A DNA stretch of 64,000 nt, taken from NCBI GenBank assembly GCA_964016885.1, contig OZ024755.1, forward strand, positions 1,426,001 through 1,490,000, read 5' to 3'. Positions 1-11,726 of this stretch are shown piece after piece (the first letter of the stretch is position 1; each line of letters starts with the position of its first letter). Source of the stretch: Eledone cirrhosa. Taxonomy: Eukaryota. The notes below the pieces were generated by a model that had not been told where the DNA came from, did no database searches, and saw nothing but the letters and a program-made list of their open reading frames with translations. The position numbers and the translations under genes were made by a program.

Positions 1-603
1 CACTCCTTTACAAAGAGAACTCCTTAACCACGCAACCACACCTTTACAAAGAGAACTCCTTAACCACACAACCACACCTTTACAAAGAGAACTCCTTAAC
101 CACACAACCACACCTTTACAAAGAGAACTCCTTAACCACACAACCACACCTTTACAAAGAGAACTCCTTAACCACACAACCACACCTTTACAAAGAGAAC
201 TCCTTAACCACACAACCACACCTTTACAAAGAGAACTCCTTAACCAGGCAACCACACCTTTACAAAGAGAACTCCTTAACCACACAACCACACCTTTACA
301 AAGAGAACTCCTTAACCACGCAACCACACCTTTACAAAGAGAACTCCTTAACCACGCAACCACACCTTTACAAAGAGAACTCCTTAACCACACAACCACA
401 CCTTTACAAAGAGAACTCCTTAACCACACAACCACACCTTTACAAAGAGAACTCCTTAACCACACAACCACACCTTTACAAAGAGAACTCCTTAACCACA
501 CAACCACACCTTTACAAAGAGAACTCCTTAACCACACAACCACACCTTTACAAAGAGAACTCCTTAACCACGCAACCACACCTTTACAAAGAGAACTCGT
601 TAA
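1..603. repeat. 36-bp tandem minisatellite (intronic)
   Basis: Unit CTCCTTAACCACACAACCACACCTTTACAAAGAGAA repeats about 16 times; register recurs every 180 nt (5 x 36). Confidence 0.95.
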
Positions 604-658
604 ACACACCTATACCTACACAAGTATTAACAGTGTTATATTTTCCCTGTTTCCAAAG

Positions 659-748
659 GTATGGGACCTCTCCACACAAGACAGGTGGTCCAGTATAGCG
701 TGTAAAGTGACTATGGTCGGTCATTCAGATACAGTCAGGTGTTTACAG
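659..748 (+). CDS. F-box/WD40-repeat protein (FBXW7/Met30-SconB-like), internal exon
   Basis: ccaaag|GTATGG...TTACAG|gtaagt; VWDLSTQDRWSSIACKVTMVGHSDTVRCLQ (WD40 GH motif); 90 nt, phase 0/0. Confidence 0.9.
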
Positions 749-1221
749 GTAAGTCTTCTTTGATCTAATATCAAATTGGTTTAGATGTGAACTGTACCTG
801 TAATTCAATGGGCCGGCTTTGATATACATTGTTATGCTGAGTCTGAGGATTGTATTAAGTATTAAGGGTACACGTGTTTACATAAGGATGGAGGATTGCA
901 TTAAGGGTACATATGTCTATATAAGGGTGGAGGATTGCATTAAGGGTACACATGTCTGTGAAAGTAGTTAGGATGTTCAACACAGAATCATAAGATTGTG
1001 TGTTTGTTTCTGCTGATCACATTGTGTCCTTGAGCAAGACACTTTATTTCATCCAGCCATTGAAACCAATCCAAAATACAGATTTGAAACAGCAAGACAT
1101 GGTCTCCAGACTTGTAACAGGACAGCATGTCTGGCCCATGCAATCGTGAGGAAATGGACATTAAACAATGACGATGATGATATAATGTGTATATATAATG
1201 TGTGTATATAATGTGTATATA

Positions 1222-1370
1222 ATTTTCTACATTTGGCATAAGGCCAGCAATTACCCCAGTGTATTACTGGTATTTTATTTTACCGACCCTGTAAGGATGA
1301 AAAGCAAAGTTAACCTCAGCAGGATTTGAACTCAGAACGTCAAGGGCCGTAACTCTATGGTGCGTCCGTA
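1222..1370 (-). mobile_element. tRNA-derived SINE family A copy
   Basis: Matches the family body (gatttgaactcaga, aaggatgaaa.gcaaagttaacctc, ggccagcaattacccag) seen in full at 46613-46800; flanked by a TATAATGTGTATAT duplication. Confidence 0.8.
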
Positions 1371-1617
1371 TAATGTGTATATATAATGTATGTGTGTATA
1401 TTAACAACAGCTATATACATCAGCAGAAATACCCTGAAACCAGTGAGGCATAAAAATGTTTTGTTGTATTTATGCTGTCAAAATTCCTCAGACATCCCCT
1501 GATAACTTAATGCAGTAAACCATGGATTGTTCTGTTGGACACCTATAATCAGTGACACTGTTGTTGCTGTTGTTGTTGCTGTTGCTTCTTTTTCTTGCTG
1601 TTGCTGTTCACAAAATG

Positions 1618-1651
<34 letters not shown>

Positions 1652-1694
1652 CAGTTACATGTAATGTAATACCTTTTTGTGTTTGTTTCCTCAG

Positions 1695-1783
1695 GCAGAT
1701 GATGATAAATTAATAAGTGGCTCCTATGATAAAACACTGAAAGTCTGGGATATTCGAACAGGAGAATGTAAAATGAAACTCAG
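1695..1783 (+). CDS. WD40-repeat protein exon
   Basis: tcag|GCA...CTCAG|gtaaaa; [29 protein letters not shown](R); phase matches flanking exons. Confidence 0.92.
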
Positions 1784-1873
1784 GTAAAACTATTCTAATT
1801 TTCAATAGTTTGTCCAATATTTTAGAACAATATTAATCAAGTCTTTTATTCTCAATCAATCTACATACTTCCT

Positions 1874-2145
1874 ATCATCATCATCATCATCGTTTAACGT
1901 CCATCTTCCACGCTAGCATGGGTTAGACGGTTTTGTTCCATTTGATGCAGGAATGGTCGGGAGACCATATCTCAGTCGCACGGAAGCATCTGTCAGGTTT
2001 TTTACAGCTGGATGCCCTCCCTAACACCAACCACCTTACAGTGTGGACTGAGAGCCTTTTTCCTGTCTCCTACATGACCACTTTACAGTGTGGACTGGGA
2101 GCCTTTTTCCTGTCTCCTACATGACCACTTTACAGTGTGGACTGT
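1874..2145 (-). mobile_element. RTE-LINE/SINE 3' tail fragment
   Basis: (CAT)n tail followed by cgtttaacgtcc...cacgctagcatgggttagacgg...acagctggatgccctccctaacaccaacc; same tail as the RTE at 35358. Confidence 0.8.
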
Positions 2146-2242
2146 TGCTAATATTTCATATATTATGAGATATTTAAAAATTTTCACTTTTCATATTAAA
2201 TTTTCAAGTTACTAAATATTATTTCATATCTTTTCTTTTTAG

Positions 2243-2321
2243 GGGTCATTTAGCAGCTGTTTTATGTGTACGCTTCAGTGAGTCAAAGATTGTGTCTGGT
2301 TCAGCAGACAAAACTATCAAG
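2243..2321 (+). CDS. WD40-repeat protein exon
   Basis: tttag|G GGT CAT...ATCAAG|gtgatt; GHLAAVLCVRFSESKIVSGSADKTIK. Confidence 0.92.
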
Positions 2322-2545
2322 GTGATTCTTTTATTTTATTATTTTGTTGTCTATAATAAATACAAATATATCGTCACCGTCACCTTACACAATTGTTAGA
2401 GCATCAGATACGATTCTTTGCGATATTTCTTTTGACTCTTTGGGCATTCAAATCCCACCATGTCTGACCCCTGATTGGCTTTAGTGGAATCTACATTTAC
2501 AATGATTCTGACCAGATTTCTAGTTCACAGATAACTTCCTCCTCT

Positions 2546-2864
2546 CTTCATCCCACCAAACCTAGCAACACTGTCTTTCATCCCACCAAACCTAGCAACG
2601 CTGCCTTTCATCCCACCAAACCTAGCAACGCTGCCTTTCATCCCACCAAACCTAGCAACGCTGCCTTTCATCCCACCAAACCTAGCAACGCTGCCTTTCA
2701 TCCCACCAAACCTAGCAACGCTGCCTTTCATCCCACCAAACCTAGCAACGCTGCCTTTCATCCCACCAAACCTAGCAACGCTGCCTTTCATCCCACCAAA
2801 CCTAGCAACGCTGCCTTTCATCCCACCAAACCTAGCAACGCTGCCTTTCATCCCACCAAACCTA
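2546..2864. repeat. 30-bp tandem minisatellite
   Basis: Unit TCCCACCAAACCTAGCAACGCTGCCTTTCA x ~10.5; explains the spurious ORF 2525-2851. Confidence 0.95.
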
Positions 2865-2912
2865 GACTATTAACGTTTATCTATTAAACTTTAACCTTAA
2901 TCTATTAAACAG

Positions 2913-3106
2913 GTTTGGAATTTTGATGGTAACTGTATGATGACATTAGACGGTCATCAAAACGCTGTCACTTGTCTTCAATTTGATTCAACTCGAATTG
3001 TTAGTGGCTCTCTTGATTGTAACCTGAAATTTTGGGACATTCATACAGGAGAATGTGTTAATACTATTGATTGGAAAGCTGCCGAAGGACACACAGGGGT
3101 TGTCAG
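2913..3106 (+). CDS. WD40-repeat protein exon
   Basis: aacag|GTTTGG...GTCAG|gtaag; VWNFDGNCMMTLDGHQNAVTCLQFDSTRIVSGSLDCNLKFWDIHTGECVNTIDWKAAEGHTGVV(R). Confidence 0.93.
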
Positions 3107-3340
3107 GTAAGAAATAACGGATTTTCTCTGAAATATTTTCATATTAAAAACTAACTTTTGTGAGATATTTTTAGGTTTATTAAGGCAAACAATTTCTGTT
3201 GTTTTTTAATAAAACCATCAAAATATGAGAATTACTAAACAGAATAGAATTTAAATTATTGTCAATTGCATCACCTCCAGACATTGTGAATGCCTTTATT
3301 TTTCATATATTTATTTATTCATTTTATTTATATTTATAAA

Positions 3341-3767
3341 TCCACTGAGGCAAACATACTCCCCTAAACTATAAGCCATCATATGATGGCTAACACTCTA
3401 GTATATTGATATACCCACTAGGGCAAACATACTCCCCTAAACTATAAGCCATCATATGATGGCTAACACTCTAGTATATTGATATACCCACTGGGGAAAA
3501 CATACTCCCCTAAACTATAAGCCATCATATGATGGCTAACACTAGTATATTGATATACCCACTGGGGCAAACATACTCCCCTAAACTATAAGCCATCATA
3601 TGATGGCTAACACTCTAGTATATTGATATACCCACTGGGGAAAACATACTCCCCTAAACTATAAGCCATCATATGATGGCTAACACTCTAGTATATTGAT
3701 ATACCCACTGGGGCAAACATACTCCCCTAAACTATAAGCCATCATATGATGGCTAACACTCTAGTAT
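3341..3767. repeat. 73-bp tandem repeat with internal 18-bp palindrome
   Basis: About 6 copies, each containing AGCCATCATATGATGGCT. Confidence 0.93.
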
Positions 3768-3956
3768 TTCTTATAGAACTGTATTTTACACTTTTAAAAT
3801 TAATGGAGCTGAAATTAAAACAAAAGTGAAATTGACTTTTTTAAATAATTTGTTTTTGAGAGTTTGTTTGTTGTTGTTGTTTTTTTTGTTTTTTTTTTTT
3901 TTTGGGGGGGGGGGGTCTTTCTAAATATTTATTTTATTTATTTATTTATTTATTAG

Positions 3957-4014
3957 ATGTCTCCAAGCTGATTCCTGGAGAGTTGTAAGTGCTGCTGATG
4001 ACAAGACGATCAAA
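3957..4014 (+). CDS. WD40-repeat protein exon
   Basis: ttag|A TGT...ATCAAA|gtaagc; CLQADSWRVVSAADDKTIK. Confidence 0.9.
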
Positions 4015-4130
4015 GTAAGCAGTTTAGGTTTTTTTCCTTAAAATATTTAATACTAAACTGCCTGAAACTAAACTTTATGGTATATAGATATTTATACATA
4101 TATACATACACACACATATATATATATATA

Positions 4131-4236
4131 GGAAAAGAGTCAGCACACTGATGGCAGAGCTCAAGCTGTTTCGACAGCTATTGAGTACTTTGGTGCGTTA
4201 TGGTCCACCTGGTTCCTTACCACACTTCCTTCGTTT
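4131..4236. mobile_element. Penelope-like pLTR/retrozyme-type remnant in (TA)n
   Basis: Shares gagctcaagc.gtttcgac.gcta and tattgagtactttggtgcgttatggtccacctggttccttaccaca with the element at 34051-34225; TA repeats on both sides. Confidence 0.6.
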
Positions 4237-4416
4237 TATATATATATATATATATACAATGATATTAAATAAATGGAAACTATATTTATAAAACCATATT
4301 TCCATTTATTTAATATCATTGAATATTATACTCCAGAAAACTTGTTGAGTGCTCTGAATCAGTTATTAAACATTTATATTTGTTGAATTACCAACAAATT
4401 GAATATCCCTTTTGCT

Positions 4417-4464
<48 letters not shown>

Positions 4465-4797
4465 TATATGTCTATATATATATAAACAATATTACCTCGA
4501 ATATCAAGTTTCGAGATGTGAGTGAGTTAGAATTCGTCAAAACAGCGTTGGGTAAAACATTGAAGGACAGAAATGAGTGACTCGAAGATTTGATAGGAAG
4601 GAAGAAATAAATATATATAAATATATATAATAGAATGTGGTTTTATAAATATAGTTTCCATTTATTTAATATCATTGATTATAAATATATAATCATATAG
4701 GAGGTTGTCACCATTATACAGAATATCTCAGTAAAAATATTGCTAGACTATATCTAATTCAGAGAAGCACTCATACACCCACACTCTTATACACACA

Positions 4798-4858
<61 letters not shown>

Positions 4859-4999
4859 TCACACTCTCTCACTCACACATCGTAATAATAATAATTCCAA
4901 GTCCAAACTTTTGAAATATAAATTCTCCATTTTTGTTTTCTTCCCTGGCATTTATTTTCTATGAAATTTATGTTGTATTTTGTCTTTTACTTTCTACAG

Positions 5000-5143
5000 G
5001 TTTGGAACTTGGAGACAGGAAAACGGTTGATTACTCTACGGAACCATTCTGATGGTGTGACATGTTTACAGTTCAGTGACTTCATAATTGTGTCTGGTTC
5101 CTACGATAAAACAGTCAAACTCTGGGACTTCAGCTGTTGCTGA
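5000..5143 (+). CDS. WD40-repeat protein, terminal coding exon
   Basis: ctacag|GTTTGG...TGA; VWNLETGKRLITLRNHSDGVTCLQFSDFIIVSGSYDKTVKLWDFSCC*. The six exons splice in frame into consecutive WD40 blades of the beta-TrCP/FBXW7/Met30 type; the F-box would lie upstream of the window. Confidence 0.92.
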   Translation, partial: VWNLETGKRLITLRNHSDGVTCLQFSDFIIVSGSYDKTVKLWDFSCC

Positions 5144-5286
5144 CTAAAACATCCATTTTATGTATTCAAACTTGTGTGTGTATGTGTATACATGCATACT
5201 TTTTTCTGTTATTGTTGCTTTATGTTCATTATCATCCACACACTCACAGACATACAGACACATACACTCACACAGACACACACACA

Positions 5287-5345
<59 letters not shown>

Positions 5346-5357
5346 GCGCGCGCGCAC

Positions 5358-5437
<80 letters not shown>

Positions 5438-6243
5438 CTTTCTTAATTTACTCTAAGAAGTTTTTCTTCATGATCTCCAAAGGTCAGTTTTCCAAATGAA
5501 TATTTTGAAAGCTTTCCATAACATTCTCCATAACAAGTCCTCTTTGGTCAATTGCTTGACCACTGAACAAAGCTTTCCTTAAGTCTCTTTCCCAAGTCTT
5601 CTTTGAACAATTGCTTGACCACTGAACAAAGCTTTCCATAACATTCTCTTTCCCAAGTCCTCTTTGAAGAATTGCTTGACCACTGAAAATGTAAGTTTTT
5701 TTTATGAATTCTTAACTTTCTTTCTTTATATATATTATTTAAATATATATATATATATATATATATATTATTTAAATATATATATATATATATATATTAT
5801 TTAAATATATATATATATATTATTTAAATTGTTTCACCTTTTAGATCAGGTTTATTAACCCTCCATGCTAACTAGTTGTCTAATTCTGATAATTTAATTT
5901 AACTATCCATTTTTAAAATATAGCAGCCATTTTGTAACTTGCATTTATCACTGTTGTTACAATACTAAAACAAAACTAAACTAAACTTTACGCTAGTTCA
6001 TTCTCACTATCAATTGATTTTGAAGCTTATCAATGGTTCTCAGCCAGCCATTTCCTGCTGGTTACTAATGTTGTTTATTGTAAATTGTTAGAGAAGCAAT
6101 ACTTAGTCTTTATGAACTGAATTTTATATCTTAGCAAGTTCAAACTTTCTCTCAAATTTCTTGTCTATTTGAAACTTTATTATAATGCAAGCTTTCTTAG
6201 GTTTAGCTTGGAAAAGGGATTTTTTTCTTTCTTAACTTTACTG

Positions 6244-6306
<63 letters not shown>

Positions 6307-6876
6307 TGGAGTCCCAGCTTTGAAAGGCAATTTATTTATTTATAGATATCAACTGAAAACCTTCCATTTATTTTATATATATCTGAGTCAGGAACTAGCT
6401 GTGGAATCGGCAAGAGCTCAGCTGTCGGGTTCCAACTCTTTATAATATATACATATTAACTCTGTAAATAAGGAATAAAAATAATGGAAATTTTAAAAAC
6501 AAGCTGACAAGAACAAAGCAGAAAGTTCAAATCAGAAATTTTTTTACAAAATTCATTTTCTTTTTTGTCTATTTATCTATTTATTTTTGGGAATTTTTGG
6601 GGGTTTTTTTTTTCGTTACAATTATTTATGCAATGTCTTCGATAGTGTACATGGCTCAATAATGGAATGTGGTTCAATCACTGCTAAAAACTAATCGGTG
6701 TTAAGATATATAAAACAGAAACAATGAGCTGAGATGTAAAAACAAAACTAGTTTTCACTTTAAATCTTGAGTAACTTACTATGCAGTTTTTCTTACTCCT
6801 GCGCTATTTTCAAATCCATGCAATAGTTCTCTGTAATTCCTTGTAATTATGTTTGGTTGTCCAGGGTGAAGATGGA

Positions 6877-7150
6877 AGCACGTGACCTAGTGGTAAGGGT
6901 GTTGGACTTACGATTATAATGACGTGGGTTCAATACCTGGACTGGGTTGTGTGTTGTGTTCTTGAGCAAAACACTTCATTTCATGTTGCTCCAGTATACT
7001 CAGCTGAAAATGAGTACCAGCAATAGTTGGGAGTTTAACTCTGTGATGGACTGGCATCCTGTCCAGGGGGAAGTCTTGTACTATCAGTCACTTACCATGG
7101 AAACCGTGATAAGTACCGGCCTGATGAATCTCTGGGTTTGAGACACTTGG
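6877..7150 (+). mobile_element. tRNA-derived SINE family B copy
   Basis: A-box-like gtgacctagtggt, B-box-like gggttcaatacc, then gtgttgtgttcttgagcaaaacacttcatttcatgttgctccagt.tactcagctg. Confidence 0.75.
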
Positions 7151-7214
7151 ACTTTAGACCAGTGTGAAGTGAAATTATTAACTTAACATTTTAGAATCTA
7201 ACATTCTATTTTAA

Positions 7215-7423
7215 CCCTTTTGCAACCAATCTGCCTATGTCATCATAATTTTATACAAAACCTTTTTTATGTTATGTTCCAAAGAATGAAAAAGATTTTT
7301 TTTTATTTTGTATTTTTAATTACTTTTTTTATTTTATTTAACTGTCCTTCCAAAGTTTTGATTATTTTTATAATTAATTAAAACAGGCAGTGATATTTCA
7401 TTTGAAATATGGACATAAAAGGG
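7215..7423. mobile_element. piggyBac-type MITE
   Basis: TTAA|CCCTTTT ... AAAAGGG|TTAA: TTAA target duplication with CCC/GGG termini. Confidence 0.7.
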
Positions 7424-7806
7424 TTAAAAACCCAAACTATGGCACCCAGAGACAATCTAATCTGTGAATATAGCAATCTGAATGTTATTAGAAAGAAAAT
7501 ATTTCAATTTATTGCTGCTTCCCTTTCTAGACTTTAATATTGTCACTTGTATAAAACTAAGTCTTCTTAATTTTAAAAGATCAAAAGTAGATTTATTTTC
7601 TCTGTAGTGCCAAGTGTTGTTACTCTAAAGTGTTCTGCTATGTTGACCAAATGTTTGTTACTATTGTAAATAGACAAGTAAAAACACACAACAAAACAGG
7701 TAAACAAATCTTTATTTGATGTAGCAAAAAATTATTTCAAAATTTTATTTCAAAATTCTCCAAAACAACGGAGAAAAATCAAACATATTTTCTTTCAAAT
7801 TGATTT

Positions 7807-7880
<74 letters not shown>

Positions 7881-7882
<2 letters not shown>

Positions 7883-8666
7883 TAAAATAACAGATTAAAG
7901 TTTAAGCAAAGAATCGCTGCTTTCACCCTTAACAAGATCTTCTGAAACTAACAAAGTCAATCTGTGAACGCAGAATGTGTATTTACATGTAGGTATGTGT
8001 GTGTGCTTGTTATATACGTATTTATTTATTTATTTATATACGTTTATTTAATTATTTGTATACACATGCACACACATATATATATATGTGCGTGTATTTG
8101 TATACCTATGGCGAGTGTTTTCGCGTATGCTTGTGTATGTACGTATATGGATGCGTGTATGTATTTATTTAATTTCAATTACCTCTGTATTTTATTTACT
8201 TTATTCTTAACTCTGAAGCCAAGGATCATTCGGTTTCCTAGTTAGAATTTTAGTCTACGACTTCACTTATACCATTTACGTGGTTTTGTCTTTGCGTGCA
8301 ATTGTTCTCCACGCTTCACATATGACATATTATCTTCATTTTTTCCGTTCATTGCCAGAGAACGTCTCTATGAACCACCTAAGAGAACATTAGTCTACGA
8401 CTTCTTTTATACCATAAGCATGGTTCTGTCTTTGCGCGTAATTGTTTTTCACCGCTCCTATTAATGACGTATTATTCGTTTTTTCCCGTTCTTTGCCAGG
8501 GAACGTTACCACGAACCAAAGTATCGTCTTCCTGTCTTCCTCCAGTTGCAACGTTTTTTTAAATATTCACTTCTGCGTTTACAGATTGACTTTGTCAGTT
8601 TCAGAAGATCCCGCTAAGGGTGAAAGCAGCGATTCTTTGCTTAAACTTTAATCTGTTATTTTAATA
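7881..8666. mobile_element. Element with ~100-bp terminal inverted arms, each carrying a hammerhead-like fold (Penelope pLTR-like)
   Basis: 7881-7979 is the reverse complement of 8568-8666 with a few mismatches; internal ~150-bp direct duplication at 8245-8500. Confidence 0.65.
8581..8656 (+). ncRNA. Type I hammerhead ribozyme-like motif with variant core (CAGAAGA)
   Basis: Stem I AGTTT/AAACT (extended by ACAGATTGA/TTAATCTGT); core CAGAAGA 8602-8608; stem II CCC/GGG; GAAA 8622-8625; stem III GCA/TGC; site CUU at 8640-8642. Confidence 0.55.
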
Positions 8667-8754
8667 AATATTTGCTCTACGGTTCTTATATATTTGATAT
8701 ATATTTATCCTTATCGAGCCCTCTTTGGATTTTAGTCTTCAAATTTATTATTAT

Positions 8755-8784
<30 letters not shown>

Positions 8785-8789
<5 letters not shown>

Positions 8790-8972
8790 TATTCCGGCTT
8801 CAATCGTGGGTAACCACAGTAAGTAAAGTACTCAATACATAGCAGAGTATAAATGTTTTAATATAGAAAAGCTTCTACAGGACTAGAACTGTTTCATTCA
8901 TGAGAAATCACCAGGAAGCTTCCTGATGATTTCTCACGAATGAAACAGTTCTAGTCCTGTAGAAGCTTTTCT
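8785..8972. mobile_element. Penelope-like pLTR remnant with 108-bp palindrome
   Basis: 8865-8972 is a near-perfect palindrome centred on AAGCTT; carries the aaagtactcaatac motif; flanked by (TA)n. Related copies at 11880-11970 and 23058-23200. Confidence 0.65.
8916..8968 (+). ncRNA. Type I hammerhead ribozyme
   Basis: Stem I AAGCTTC/GAAGCTT; core CTGATGA 8923-8929; stem II TTC-TCAC-GAA; GAAA 8942-8945; stem III CAG/CTG; cleavage triplet GUA ending 8961. Confidence 0.75.
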
Positions 8973-9138
8973 CTCTCTATATATATATATATTTCTATCT
9001 CTCTCTTTATCTCTTTCATAATTTATTTTCTTGTTTGTTTGTATTTGTTTTGTTTTGTTTGTTTTTTTTTGTTTTTTTAAATTTTTATACTGGGCTTCTC
9101 AAAATACATTTCAATAAGACCTGGTTGTGAGTGTGTTG

Positions 9139-9192
<54 letters not shown>

Positions 9193-9409
9193 TTCTGTCT
9201 GTAATATATTTAGACAAGTTGTACATGTTTTGTGCTAAATTTCAATAAATATGAAGTATTTTAACGTTAACAGTTTTCATTGTATTTCTTTAACCTTTTT
9301 CTGTTTTAATGAAGTAAATTAATTACTTTATAAAGGGGCAGACTTGACTGTCATTAAGAGGGTTGCTGTATAATTACTGTCGTTAAGAGGGTTACTGTGT
9401 ATAAGAGCA

Positions 9410-9588
9410 GAGGATTAGCAGTATCGGACATCATGCTTTGCAGCATAGAGTTATGTCCCCTTGCGTTCTGAGTTCAAAGCCTACGCAGGTTAACTTTGCC
9501 TTTCATCCTTACAGGGTTGATAAAATAAAGTACCAGTAATGTACTGGGTAACTACTGACCGTGTGCCAAAAGTAGAAACAATTATTAT
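9410..9588 (+). mobile_element. tRNA-derived SINE family A copy
   Basis: ggattagcagtatcggac...gttctgagttcaaa...ctttgcctttcatccttacagggttgataaaataaagtaccagt...agtagaaacaattatt. Confidence 0.8.
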
Positions 9589-9754
9589 TAATGTAAATAC
9601 AAGACGTATTTCATTAAGAAAATATTTTTTAATAGACAATAATTAATACCAGGTAACAAACTTTTTCCTTGTCTTCATTTTACCTTCCTTAACTTTGTTT
9701 TATATCATTATATATATATATATATGTATGTGTGTATATGTGTATATATATATA

Positions 9755-9785
<31 letters not shown>

Positions 9786-10665
9786 GCACACACATACATA
9801 CACTATACACCACATTCCCAGCAAACTACAACATTCTATTATTATTCATTAGTTTTGTTTTGTTTTAATTATTGACAACTTATTTTCCTTTCTTCTTGGA
9901 TATTTCTGTTCCATTTCCTTCTGAAATGGAAATTAAATTCTTCATTTTTATCACAGACTAAAAACAAACTAAATTGTTCTGATAAAAAAAATGTTGGAAT
10001 TATCAGACAAATAGAAAATATTTAATTCTTTTAATATCAATCCATATATGACCATCCAACTAAAATGTCAGCCAGAATTAAGAGGCAGACGACACCTTAG
10101 AAAATTCTATCAAATCCACCAATCCTGCACCCTGGACCGATACTTTAGTTTATTGACCTCAAAAAGGGATAAAAGGCAAAGTTGACCTCAGATTTGAACT
10201 CAAAACCCACCAGAATCATCCCTAACAAATACTGGAAGGTATTCTGTTCTAAGTCCTAACAACTCTGCCATTTTGTCACGTTTGTTAGAGATATCATATT
10301 ATTCCTTTCAGAAAGTTTATTTATTATAAATATATTCACAAAATTAAGATATAGAAAACTTTAATTAATAGAATGAATTTCAAATATATAATAATTGATT
10401 AAGTATTGATTTTCTTACGGGGTCGGTAAAATAAAGTACCAGTCACACACTGGGGTCAATTTAATCGACTTTCCCCTCCCCCAAAATTGCTGACCTTGTG
10501 CCTATATAAGAAACCATTGTTACTATTCAAGAGATGTGCACATTGGTTTTCTACTAAACTCCCAGTGAACCATGAAAAATATTTTTTTTTTTTTTCTATT
10601 GCTGAAAGTTAAACTATACAATTTCTAAAATTCCCCACAATTGAAATGAGAAAAGTTTTAAAACT

Positions 10666-11097
10666 TCAAATCTGGGTACCTTTGTCTTTTAATGATGCAA
10701 TAGATGTTGAAGCAATCGTTTTTCTACAAGGTCTCTCCCACTGCAAACATAACGCAACACTTTCCTGTAAAATAGCAGGAGCTGTTTTGGGACGGTGTAA
10801 AGATGCATCAATGTGGAGATTCAGAAGTCCTTGGTCTTTCTTAAACATTTCTTTGTAAGGGTTGGCATTACCATGTACAAACTGGTACGTAGTTACTCCG
10901 TATGGTTGCTTTTGGGTCTGGGATTTCGTTATATGAAAAACATTTTGTGAGGAAATGTTTTGATTGTCCTGACAGAACATATTTTTATAAGTTGACATGT
11001 AAGGCAGCGAAGAATCCGCTTGCGTTTTATCAAATTTCCATATCATTACATTTTCACGAGGATGGTATTTCTTATCTGTCTGTTTTCGACCCAAACC
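10666..11097 (-). CDS. HDNR-domain (TEX36-like) protein, exon 4 (terminal)
   Basis: ttcag|GGTTTGGGTCGAAAA: GLGRKQTDKKYHPRENVMIWK...GTQI*; GLGRK follows the HDNR motif as in TEX36. Confidence 0.8.
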   Translation of the reverse strand, partial: GLGRKQTDKKYHPRENVMIWKFDKTQADSSLPYMSTYKNMFCQDNQNISSQNVFHITKSQTQKQPYGVTTYQFVHGNANPYKEMFKKDQGLLNLHIDASLHRPKTAPAILQESVALCLQWERPCRKTIASTSIASLKDKGTQI

Positions 11098-11726
11098 CTG
11101 AAGGAATAGAAACAATGATAGTCAACATATGTAACACAACATTTACATCAAAGACAAGACATAAAATTTTGGTTATTTCTGCCATGAAACTCAGCTGTGA
11201 GGTGAGATTGAACATGAAACTACTAGGTTATAGAATAGACTTTATAACCACGCAGCCATGTCTGTGTTAAATATATTACTTTACAACTGACTCCAGAGAT
11301 TGTTACAAAGACATGTTATGTGCCTCTAGGACCCGTCTTTCACCACGTTGTTATTGTGCCTCTTTCCATAATAAAAGTAAGTATGGTTTCTTAAATCTTA
11401 ACATCCTTAAATAATTTAGCAGAAAATATTTAAAAACTGGTTTGTTGATTCAAATGTTAATCGTATCTTTGCTACTGAACATATTATTGTGAAATTAGCA
11501 GTATTAGCGTGAAGACTTCTAATTTTCAATATGATACAGTCAGCTGTTTTGTATTTTCAAAAGTGTCTTGCTAATGGGCTTTCATGTTAATTCAAATGTT
11601 TATAGTGAGAACAATACCTTAACATAAGTATGAGTGACCAATTACGGCTGGTTTAAACAGAGGTGAGAGGATTCTGGCCGGATATGGTCAGTTTAAGTGC
11701 TAAAGGTTTAAAGAAGACATTCTTAC

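Noticed and set aside
1-603. 36-bp repeats as a CRISPR array
   Set aside because: Head-to-tail units without unique spacers, in a eukaryotic intron, with no cas genes.
2525-2851. (MKGSVARFGG)n ORF resembling an RFamide neuropeptide precursor
   Set aside because: Antisense translation of an intronic 30-bp minisatellite with no synonymous variation, no signal peptide and no dibasic sites after RFG.
5137-5499. His/Thr- and Cys/Val-rich ORFs (also 30841-31416, 34241-35599, 51194-52556)
   Set aside because: Translations of (CA)n, (TA)n and related microsatellites.
7118-7135. CTGATGA at SINE tails (also 16128, 50237, 50895)
   Set aside because: No correctly spaced GAAA or stems.
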